Shown here in pieces: positions 19,315 to 26,984 of a DNA stretch of 64,000 nt. The notes below the pieces were generated by a model. It worked only from the letters and a program-made list of their open reading frames with translations, was not told the origin of the DNA and searched no databases. Origin of the DNA: Gemmatimonadaceae bacterium (lineage in GTDB: Bacteria; Gemmatimonadota; Gemmatimonadetes; Gemmatimonadales; Gemmatimonadaceae); NCBI GenBank assembly GCA_035527035.1, contig DATLBG010000129.1, positions 6,435 to 70,434 of the forward strand. Direction: 5' to 3'. Numbering within the stretch: position 1 is the stretch's first letter; the number at the start of each line of letters is the position of its first letter. Both the position numbers and the translations under genes were made by a program.

Positions 19315-19381
19315 GGGGATGGGTGTCCCCGTCGGGCACCTACGCTACGCTAAGACGGTGCCGACGGGGACACCCATCCCC
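19315..19381 (+). repeat. Nested-hairpin repeat, copy A (minimal core)
   Basis: ggggatgggtgtccccgtcgggcac-CTAC-GC-tac-GC-TAAGAC-ggtgccgacggggacacccatcccc. A 25-bp outer stem with one bulged G. Confidence 0.85.
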
Positions 19382-19438
19382 GCCCGCCTCAGCATCTACC
19401 AGAAACATACTTCGGACGGCAACGGCTTACTGCAAATC

Positions 19439-20770
19439 TCAGGCGTCGGGCCTGGTCGGGGATCCGTTTTTTGCCAGCGATAGCAGGCGATCCGGCGTAT
19501 TCAGAGACGGATCGCGCACAACAGCTTCCAGCAGGGCGTGCAGCGCCTTGCCCAGCGCCGGCCCGGCAATGCCCAGCTTCTGCAGGTCGGTGCCGTCCAC
19601 CGCCAGGTCGCCGAGCTCTACCGGATCGCGATACGCTATCCGCAGCGCCCGGCGATGGAGCGAGGCGATCTTTGCGGCCGCGGGAGCGGGCAGCCCCGCT
19701 TCTCGCTCCGCCCACCAGATCGCGTCCGCCAGCCGCACCACCGAGGCAAAACGCGTGCGACCGGCGACGGACACCCAGCGGCGGATGTCGGCATCGGCGG
19801 CGCCGGCGGGTGACTCGAGCGAGGTGCGCATAACGGGCTCGAGCCTGGCGAGCGCCTCGATCAGCGAGCTGATCCACCCTCCGGCCGCATTCGAGAAGCG
19901 AAGCGACTTCATCACATTCGCCGCGCGGCCCGCGGGCACGGCCGACAGCAGCGCGGCGATCCGCAGCAAGCGCCGCTGCGGGCGGGTGGCGAGGATGGGA
20001 CGCCGCAGGTGATCGATCGCGCGCAGCTGCAGATCGGTGACGCCCGATAGATCCGGAATGAGAGTCCCGAACGCTCCGCCGTCGCGCCAGCGCGCGAATG
20101 CTCCGCTCGGACAGGGGACCTGATCCATCGTCTTTTCCATCTCCTGCCTCACGCGCTCCGGCGACAGCCGTGACATGTGCGGCGCGCTCTCGACGATGGC
20201 GGCCCACGTCCGCGGTTCTATCTCGAACCCGTACCGGGCCGCGAAGCGAATAGCCCGCAGCGCGCGGAGGCGGTCTTCGCGCATCCGGTCGCCCGGATCT
20301 CCAACCGCCCGCACGACGCGCGCGCGCAGGTCCCGCTCTCCGCGAAACGGATCGTGCAGCACGGCGCGAGTCGGCGAGTACGCGATCGCGTTGATGGTGA
20401 AATCCCGGCGCGCCAGATCCTCGTCGAACGAGGCGCCGAACTCGACGACCGCGTGCCGGCCGTCCGTCTGCACGTCGCGCCGGAACGTGGTCACCTCGTG
20501 CATCACGTTCGCCTCGTCGAGCACGCCGATGGTCCCGAACTCGATTCCCACCGGCACCGTTCGCCGGAAAATCTTGCGGACCTGCTCGGGGCGGGCGGCC
20601 GTCGCGAAATCCCAGTCGAGATGCTGCTTGCCGAGCAGAGCATCCCGCACCGCGCCGCCCACGCACCACGTTTCGAAGCCGGCGTCCTCCAGCTTTCGCG
20701 CGATTCCGACCACGGCCGCAGGTGGATCGATGGACGCGCGCTTCGACTCGGGTGCGTCGTGTCGAGTCAA
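19439..20770 (-). CDS. cca: CCA-adding tRNA nucleotidyltransferase / poly(A) polymerase family protein
   Basis: GFETWCVGGAVRDALLG...DWDFAT...RRDFTINA, the class II nucleotidyltransferase head-domain motifs. Confidence 0.8.
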   Translation of the reverse strand: MTRHDAPESKRASIDPPAAVVGIARKLEDAGFETWCVGGAVRDALLGKQHLDWDFATAARPEQVRKIFRRTVPVGIEFGTIGVLDEANVMHEVTTFRRDVQTDGRHAVVEFGASFDEDLARRDFTINAIAYSPTRAVLHDPFRGERDLRARVVRAVGDPGDRMREDRLRALRAIRFAARYGFEIEPRTWAAIVESAPHMSRLSPERVRQEMEKTMDQVPCPSGAFARWRDGGAFGTLIPDLSGVTDLQLRAIDHLRRPILATRPQRRLLRIAALLSAVPAGRAANVMKSLRFSNAAGGWISSLIEALARLEPVMRTSLESPAGAADADIRRWVSVAGRTRFASVVRLADAIWWAEREAGLPAPAAAKIASLHRRALRIAYRDPVELGDLAVDGTDLQKLGIAGPALGKALHALLEAVVRDPSLNTPDRLLSLAKNGSPTRPDA

Positions 20771-21081
20771 CGTGCCGAAAGCCCGCCCAGGCGCGCCAGG
20801 GCGTCGCGCGCAAACTGGTCCGCGCCGCCCGCGGACTCGGCGACCGCCTCGAAAGCGTAGGTCACGAGCGCGTCGGCAAGCAGCAGGTCGGGAGCGATCG
20901 CCGGAGTCTGCGGCTCGGCCCGCAGCACGCGGCCGAGCACTCTCTCGCCGGCGCGGAGCAGCACCCCGGGCGCTTCCGTGAAACTGGCGCCCAGCTCGGC
21001 CTCGAGCTCGGTGCGAAGCGCCTGGGCCAGGCCGTCAGGCGGCTGAGGATCGCGCGCGTCGAGCCATTCGCCGACGGTCAC
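20767..21081 (-). CDS. Hypothetical small protein (104 aa), translationally coupled between alaS and cca
   Basis: GTGA overlap with the alaS stop and ATGA overlap with the cca start. No recognisable motif. Confidence 0.45.
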   Translation of the reverse strand: MTVGEWLDARDPQPPDGLAQALRTELEAELGASFTEAPGVLLRAGERVLGRVLRAEPQTPAIAPDLLLADALVTYAFEAVAESAGGADQFARDALARLGGLSAR

Positions 21082-23921
21082 TTCGCCGCGGCCAGGTGGC
21101 GGCGGATTACGTCGGGCACGGTGGCCAGCAGCGCCGCGATGTCGGCCGAGTCCGGCAGCCCGGCTTGCGCCATGTGCGGCTTTCCCCCGCCGCGGCCGCC
21201 GGCAGCCGCCGCAATTTCCTTGAGCACATTGTCGGCACGGACTCCTCTGCCGCGCAGGTCGTCGCTCACAACGGTGAGAAGCGTGCGCTTGCCGTCGTCG
21301 AGCGTGGCCACCAGAACGGCCGCTCCCGTTCCCATGCTCTCCCGCAGCGAGTCGCCCATCGCCTGCAGAGTCTTTAGATCGGAGGCCTCCACTGAGGACG
21401 CGATGACACGCACGCCTTCGACCTGCTGCGACTGCTCGACCAGCGCGCTCATGCCATTCGCCGCCGGGCCCGCGCCCACCGCTCCTGAGCGTCGCGCTTC
21501 AGCGAGCAGTCGCTCCGACTCTTTCGATTTGTCGAGCAGAGCCTGCACGCGCTTCGCCGCCGCTCCCGGCTGCGCCTTCACCAGCCGCTCGACCTCCGCC
21601 AGCTCCCGCTCTTTATCCAGCATCACTTCGAGCGCGCGCGGTCCCGTCACGGCCTCGATCCGCCTGACGCCGGCCGCTACGCCCGTCTCGCTGACGATGC
21701 GGAATAGCCCGATCTCCGACGTGTTCCGCACGTGCGTGCCGCCGCAGAGCTCGGTCGACACGCCCGGCACTTTCACGACGCGCACGACGTCGCCGTATTT
21801 CTCGCCGAACAGCGCCATTGCACCGTCGGCAATTGCGTCGGCGTACCGCTTCTCTTCGAACGAGAGCGCGATCGCGGAGAAAATCGCGGCGTTGACGTGC
21901 TGCTCCACCGCGACTGTCTGCTCCGGAGTCAACGGGCCGTTGTTGGTGAAATCGAATCGCAGCCGGTCCGGCGCGACGAGCGATCCCGCCTGGTGCACGT
22001 GCTCGCCGAGCACATCCCGCAGCGCCGCGTGCAGCAGGTGCGTGGCCGTGTGATTTCGCTCGGTATCCAGCCGGCTCCCGCGCGGTACCCGGGCCTTCAC
22101 CGTTCCGAACTGAAACTCGCCCTCGATCCGGCCGGCCGCGGCGATCCGGCCTTCCACGCGACGGACCTCGTCCACGTCGAGCCGCCATCCCTCGCCGATG
22201 ATCTCACCGGCGTCGGAGATCTGCCCTCCGGATTCCGCGTAGAACGGCGTCTCGCGCAACACGACCGCGACTCTGCCATCCGCCAGCGCCTTTCGCGCCA
22301 CGACCTCGGTCTCGGTTTCGATGCTGTCGTAGCCGACGAACGCCGCGCCCTGAACCGAAGACAGGCTGCTGTTGGCTATTGGCTGTTGCCTATTGGCTTG
22401 AAGCCCACCGCCTGAACGACCAGGAACCGCTTCATACTCGGCGGTGCGCGCGCCGAAGCTGACGTCTGAGGCGCCGACGACCTCCCAGCCGTCAGCGAGA
22501 TCGTCGCTCGCGGAGACCCCGAGCTTTTTGGATTTGCGCTCCTGCTGCGACTGCGTGCGCTGCGCCGCGAGCGCTCGCTCGAATCCGGGAATGTCCACGG
22601 AATAGCCCCGCTCGGCGGCCATCAGCTGCGTGAGGTCGATCGGAAAGCCGAACGTGTCGTACAGCTTGAATGCATCGTCGCCGGGAATCGTTCCCTTGAG
22701 ATCGACCGAGCCGCCAGTCGTGGACAACGGCGCGAGCTCCTCGAAGCGGCGCATCCCGCCCTCGATCGTCGCGAGAAAGCGCTCTTCCTCGGCGCGCGTG
22801 GTGTCCACGAGATACTTCCGCCGCTGGCGAAGATCCGGGTACGCGTCACCCATGGTCTTGACGACTGCCTCTACGGCCGCGTGCAGGACCGGGCGCTTCA
22901 CGCCGAGGAGCCAGGCGTTGCGGACCGCGCGGCGGAGGATGCGGCGCAGCACATAGCCACGCCCTTCGTTGGACGGAAACACGCCGTCGGCCAGCAGGAA
23001 CGCGACGGAGCGCGCGTGGTCGGCGATGACGCGGTGCGCCGCGTGCGCCGGCTCCGCGCGCGAGTAGCGCACACCAGTCGCGTCGGAGACCGCGTCGATG
23101 ATGGCGGTGAAGACGTCGGAATGAAAGCTGTTGGATTTTCCCTGCGCGATCATCGAGATGCGCTCGAGCCCCATCCCGGTGTCCACCGATGGCTTGGGCA
23201 GCGGCACCAGGGTGCCGTCTTCCTGCCTGTCGAACTGCATGAACACCAGGTTCCAAACCTCGATGAAGCGGTCGGCCTCGGTCCCCTGCACGAACGCCTC
23301 GAGCGAGAATTCCTCGCGGTCGAGCTCCGTCCACTCGCCGGCCGCCCCTTCCGGAAACACCCAGTCTTCCGCGACGTGCGCCTGATCGATGAATATCTCC
23401 GAGCAGGGACCGCACGGGCCTGTGTCGGCCATCTGCCAAAAGTTGTCCTTGTCGCCCAGCGCGTAGACGCGGGACGGATCGAGTCCTGATATTTCGAGCC
23501 ACAGCGCGCGCGCCTCGTCGTCGGTGTGGTGCACCGACACGCGGATGTATTTGGGATCCAGGCGGAGGTGGACGGTGAGGAACTCCCAGGCGAAGCGAAT
23601 CGCGTCGCGCTTGAAGTAATCCCCGAAGGAGAAGTTGCCGAGCATCTCGAAGAAGGTCTGATGCCGCGCGGTGTGGCCGACCTGCTCCAGGTCGTTGTGC
23701 TTGCCGCCCGCACGCACGCACTTCTGCGAGGACGCGGCGCGGCGGCTGCCGCCCGGCGGCTCGGCCGCACCCAGAAACACCTTCTTGAACGGCACCATGC
23801 CCGCATTCGTGAACAGCAGCGTCGGATCGTCCACCGGCACCAGCGACGCGCTCGGCACCACGGCGTGCCCGTTGGCCCGGAAGTATTCGAGGAACGCGCT
23901 GCGAATGTCCGCCGATTTCAT
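21078..23921 (-). CDS. alaS: Alanine--tRNA ligase, with an extended linker containing a heptamer-repeat-encoded insert
   Basis: MKSADIRSAFLEYFRANGHAVVPSASLVP..DPTLLFTNAGM..FK, an editing domain with HTATHLLH and CGGTHV, and a C-terminal DHHA1-like region. The 947-aa length exceeds the usual size. Confidence 0.95.
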   Translation of the reverse strand: MKSADIRSAFLEYFRANGHAVVPSASLVPVDDPTLLFTNAGMVPFKKVFLGAAEPPGGSRRAASSQKCVRAGGKHNDLEQVGHTARHQTFFEMLGNFSFGDYFKRDAIRFAWEFLTVHLRLDPKYIRVSVHHTDDEARALWLEISGLDPSRVYALGDKDNFWQMADTGPCGPCSEIFIDQAHVAEDWVFPEGAAGEWTELDREEFSLEAFVQGTEADRFIEVWNLVFMQFDRQEDGTLVPLPKPSVDTGMGLERISMIAQGKSNSFHSDVFTAIIDAVSDATGVRYSRAEPAHAAHRVIADHARSVAFLLADGVFPSNEGRGYVLRRILRRAVRNAWLLGVKRPVLHAAVEAVVKTMGDAYPDLRQRRKYLVDTTRAEEERFLATIEGGMRRFEELAPLSTTGGSVDLKGTIPGDDAFKLYDTFGFPIDLTQLMAAERGYSVDIPGFERALAAQRTQSQQERKSKKLGVSASDDLADGWEVVGASDVSFGARTAEYEAVPGRSGGGLQANRQQPIANSSLSSVQGAAFVGYDSIETETEVVARKALADGRVAVVLRETPFYAESGGQISDAGEIIGEGWRLDVDEVRRVEGRIAAAGRIEGEFQFGTVKARVPRGSRLDTERNHTATHLLHAALRDVLGEHVHQAGSLVAPDRLRFDFTNNGPLTPEQTVAVEQHVNAAIFSAIALSFEEKRYADAIADGAMALFGEKYGDVVRVVKVPGVSTELCGGTHVRNTSEIGLFRIVSETGVAAGVRRIEAVTGPRALEVMLDKERELAEVERLVKAQPGAAAKRVQALLDKSKESERLLAEARRSGAVGAGPAANGMSALVEQSQQVEGVRVIASSVEASDLKTLQAMGDSLRESMGTGAAVLVATLDDGKRTLLTVVSDDLRGRGVRADNVLKEIAAAAGGRGGGKPHMAQAGLPDSADIAALLATVPDVIRRHLAAAK
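22368..22402 (-). repeat. Tandem heptamers (CAATAGG CAACAGC CAATAGC CAACAGC on the coding strand) inside alaS
   Basis: The plus strand reads GCTGTTG GCTATTG GCTGTTG CCTATTG GCTTGAA. It encodes LQANRQQPIANSS in the AlaS linker. The unit is the same as at 18728-18755. Confidence 0.8.
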
Positions 23922-23978
23922 TCGCCAAATGTAAGTCGGTTCTGGGTTGCAGGTCGTGCGGATGATGCATCATCGTGG

Positions 23979-24070
23979 GGGCACGCGAGGCATAGGCTCC
24001 CGTCGCGTGCTACGCGAGCAAACTGCGCTCGCTAGGACGCACGCTGTGGGAGTCTATGCCTCGCATGCCC
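23979..24070 (+). repeat. Nested-hairpin repeat, copy B (TAGGAC variant)
   Basis: gggcacgcgaggcataggctcccgtcgcgtg-CTAC-GCGAGC-aaactgc-GCTCGC-TAGGAC-gcacgctgtgggagtctatgcctcgcatgccc. The arms are complementary with a few mismatches. Confidence 0.8.
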
Positions 24071-24161
24071 TCCGGCACATTTGGCAACCGCCCGGCCGGC
24101 AACCCAAATCAGCAGGCTTTCCCGGGCGCAACCCCGCGGGCTCGGGTTACCGCATAGAGCG

Positions 24162-24686
24162 CTAGCATTTCGACCCGCCCGGCATCGGACAGTCCACAGG
24201 GTCGAAGCGCCGGCTCGCCTGATCCCATCTTCGACAAGACCATGGCTGATCCCCGGTGAGGAACCTCACACCGGAATAAGTGGGGAGATCGCGCAGGGAG
24301 AATATGAGGAAGAAGTAACGGTGGTCCCGCTCGAGCACGAAAGTGTACGGGCGACCTTCCCCATCACAGTAAACCTCCCTGATTGCGAAGGTGCCCGTCC
24401 CGGTGGACGGCACGGTCAGGTACTGGAAGTATCCGCGCGTACGGCGGGACGTCGTGGCAAGAAGAAACTCGGCAGGCCTGCCGGAAATCCGCATGCTGTC
24501 AGCGCGCTGCACTCCGGGGCCGCATTCGATCCGGCGGGTGGGGAGCATTCGCGGCGTCTGTGGCCCGAGCGAATCGGCCTCAGCTACGAGTCGCGCCCAG
24601 GGATCGTCCTGAGCCCCCGCCGCTAGCGGAAACGCGGCGATGAGCGACAAAAGAACGGTGCACCAGCGTATCGAAGTCGTCTGCAT
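24162..24686 (-). CDS. Hypothetical secreted Cys-containing protein
   Basis: Start set to MQTTSIRWCTVLLSLIAAFPLAAGAQD (signal-peptide-like). No known motif. Confidence 0.5.
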   Translation of the reverse strand: MQTTSIRWCTVLLSLIAAFPLAAGAQDDPWARLVAEADSLGPQTPRMLPTRRIECGPGVQRADSMRISGRPAEFLLATTSRRTRGYFQYLTVPSTGTGTFAIREVYCDGEGRPYTFVLERDHRYFFLIFSLRDLPTYSGVRFLTGDQPWSCRRWDQASRRFDPVDCPMPGGSKC

Positions 24687-24757
24687 GAATGCCCTCCAAC
24701 CACTCATGCCGGCGGTAACGGGAAATGTCACACGACACACGCCGTCCGCGGGATCTT

Positions 24758-25321
24758 TCAGACCAGCAGCGAAACAGTCCGCTTGATCTCGTCGACGTCG
24801 TACCCGCGGCGGGCCAGAAATGCGAAGAGGCGCTGGCGCGCGACGCGAGGGTCGAGGCCGGCGAGAGTCTGCAGTTTCTTGCGCGCGACTTTCTCGACAG
24901 CCGCGGCTGCGTCGACTTCTTCGGTCTCCACGACACGCTGCATGGCAGCAGTCACGGTATCGCTCGCGATACCCTTTCGCACCAGGAGCTGAGCCACGCG
25001 CCGTTGTGACGCGCTCTCGTTCACCAGCTTTCCGCGGGCGAACCGCTCGGCATACGACGCATCATCCAGCAGTCCTGAGCGCTCGAGCCGTTCGACGGTC
25101 GCAGTGACTTCCTCCGGCGGATACTCGCGCTGCACGAGCTTCCGTCTGAGGTCGCGCACGGTGTAGCTCCGCGCGGTCAGCAGCCGCAGCGCGTACTCGT
25201 GCGGCGAGCTGTGCGGCCGCGCGGGGGTGTCGGCGTCCGCGGAGGGGCGGCCGTAACGGCTTGGGCGGGTCACAGCGGAAGGCTGAAGGAGTCCGTTTTC
25301 GGCATCGCCCGCCACGCACAC
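24758..25321 (-). CDS. recX: Recombination regulator RecX
   Basis: YALRLLTARSYTVRDLRRKLVQREYPPEEVTATVERLERSGLLDDASYAERF, the three-repeat RecX pattern, immediately downstream of recA. Confidence 0.85.
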   Translation of the reverse strand: MCVAGDAENGLLQPSAVTRPSRYGRPSADADTPARPHSSPHEYALRLLTARSYTVRDLRRKLVQREYPPEEVTATVERLERSGLLDDASYAERFARGKLVNESASQRRVAQLLVRKGIASDTVTAAMQRVVETEEVDAAAAVEKVARKKLQTLAGLDPRVARQRLFAFLARRGYDVDEIKRTVSLLV

Positions 25322-25352
25322 ATCAGGCAGCCAGCCTGAAAACCCGAAACTC

Positions 25353-26405
25353 CTACTCCTCGACGGCCTCGACCGACTCGACGACCTCGACTTCGCCCGG
25401 CGGCCGGATGCCGAGCACGACCTTCACCTTCTCTTCCACCTCGGCGAGCATCGGCGGGTTGTCCTTCAGGAACATCTTCGCGTTCTCGCGGCCCTGGCCG
25501 ATCCGCTGTCCGTTGTAGCTGTACCAGGCCCCCGACTTGTCGATGATCCCCGACTCCGACGCGATGTCGAGCACCAGCGACGCATGGCTGATACCCTCGG
25601 CGTACATGATGTCGAACTCCGCCTGCTTGAACGGCGGGGCTACCTTGTTCTTCACGACCTTAACGCGGCAGTGCGAGCCCGTGACCTCCTCTTTCTCCTT
25701 CACCGCCGCGATGCGCCGGATGTCCAACCGCACCGATGCGTAGAACTTGAGCGCCTTGCCGCCGGTGGTCGTCTCGGGGTTGCCGAACATGACGCCGATC
25801 TTCTCTCGCAGCTGATTGATGAAGATCACGGAAGTCCGCGACCGGGCGATCGCACCCGTAAGCTTGCGCAGCGCCTGACTCATGAGCCGCGCCTGGAGGC
25901 CGACGTGCGAGTCGCCCATGTCGCCCTCGATCTCGGCTTTTGGCACGAGCGCGGCCACGGAGTCGATGACTACAACGTCCACCGCACCGGACCGCACCAG
26001 GATCTCGCAGATCTCGAGAGCCTGCTCGCCCGTGTCCGGCTGCGACACCAGCATGTTCTCGACGTCCACTCCCAGCTTGGCGGCGTAGTCGGTATCCAGC
26101 GCGTGCTCGGCATCGATGTAAGCCGCCACGCCGCCAGCCTTCTGCGCGTTGGCCACCACATGCAGGCAGAGCGTGGTTTTGCCGCTGGACTCGGGTCCGT
26201 ATATCTCGGTGATCCGCCCCCGGGGAATCCCGCCGACACCGATCGCGGCGTCGAGATTGATCGCGCCGGTTGGAATCGCGTCCACCCGGACCCGCGAATC
26301 CGAGCCCATCTTCATGATGGAGCCCTTACCGTGGGCTTTCTCGATCTGGGCGATGGCGAGGCCGAGGGCCTTTTTCTTCTCTTCCTGCATTGCGGGCGAA
26401 GGCAT
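25353..26405 (-). CDS. recA: Recombinase RecA
   Basis: [27 protein letters not shown] and [22 protein letters not shown], canonical RecA. Confidence 0.98.
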   Translation of the reverse strand: MPSPAMQEEKKKALGLAIAQIEKAHGKGSIMKMGSDSRVRVDAIPTGAINLDAAIGVGGIPRGRITEIYGPESSGKTTLCLHVVANAQKAGGVAAYIDAEHALDTDYAAKLGVDVENMLVSQPDTGEQALEICEILVRSGAVDVVVIDSVAALVPKAEIEGDMGDSHVGLQARLMSQALRKLTGAIARSRTSVIFINQLREKIGVMFGNPETTTGGKALKFYASVRLDIRRIAAVKEKEEVTGSHCRVKVVKNKVAPPFKQAEFDIMYAEGISHASLVLDIASESGIIDKSGAWYSYNGQRIGQGRENAKMFLKDNPPMLAEVEEKVKVVLGIRPPGEVEVVESVEAVEE

Positions 26406-26425
26406 AGGGGGAGTCCTCTAACAGG

Positions 26426-26453
26426 TGACTAGTGACTGGTGACTAATGACTAG
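26426..26453 (+). repeat. Tandem heptamer repeat GTGACTA GTGACTG GTGACTA ATGACTA in the recA leader
   Basis: Read directly. It lies 21-48 nt upstream of the recA ATG (26405), between an AT-rich putative promoter region and the GAGGA Shine-Dalgarno. Confidence 0.85.
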
Positions 26454-26509
26454 CCACCCCAGAACGCAGGATTTACGTATACCGAACAAAATACGAAAGC
26501 TGCCCGAAA

Positions 26510-26887
26510 TTAGCAAATGGAATCTCCGGCGTCGAAGGCGTTGGGGACGTGCTTCACCTTCACCGCCCGCCCGGTCTTCAGGATCCCGATAACGTCGAAC
26601 CGGTAGTCTTCGCCAGGCAGCCCATGCCGGGCAATCCAGACCTGGGCGGACCGCCGGAGTTCGCGCTGCTTGCGCCAGTCCACGGCCTGGACTGGATCGC
26701 CGAACTCGAGGCCGGCGCGGGCCTTCACCTCGACGAAAATCACGGTCCCGCGCTGCTGGGCGACGATGTCGATGTCGCGATGGCCGTTGCGGTACCGCAG
26801 GGCGCGGATCCACCAACCCTTACTGGCGAGCCAGCGCGCGGCCACGCGCTCACCAAGCTCACCAAGTGCCCTTCTGGTCGCCGACAT
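26510..26887 (-). CDS. yraN: YraN-family (UPF0102) endonuclease-like protein
   Basis: GELGERVAARWLASKGWWIRALRYRNGHRDIDIVAQQRGTVIFVEVKAR, a PD-(D/E)xK-type YraN pattern. Confidence 0.8.
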   Translation of the reverse strand: MSATRRALGELGERVAARWLASKGWWIRALRYRNGHRDIDIVAQQRGTVIFVEVKARAGLEFGDPVQAVDWRKQRELRRSAQVWIARHGLPGEDYRFDVIGILKTGRAVKVKHVPNAFDAGDSIC

Positions 26888-26984
26888 GCCGCGGATTCTG
26901 CGGCATGCCGGCGCTTAGTGCGTCATCAAATCGTTGAGGGGATTACCGATCGCTTCGGGCTAATGGCTTCGGCCGATAGAGGCG

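Noticed and set aside
24071-24161. Looked for tRNA, tmRNA or other small RNA genes in the intergenic spacers 8148-8313, 11602-11880, 15804-15961, 24071-24161, 38354-38436, 43854-43932 and 58055-58367.
   Set aside because: I could not recognise a cloverleaf-compatible sequence (no GTTCRANYC T-loop with matching acceptor stems) or any other conserved RNA motif. A GGCAACC direct repeat at 24083/24100 seems too short to mean anything.
26884-26906. The hairpin CATGCCGC-ggattct-GCGGCATG, which sequesters the yraN start codon.
   Set aside because: An 8-bp stem in high-GC DNA can easily arise by chance. It may equally be the end of the upstream transcript. I see no supporting evidence for translational control.
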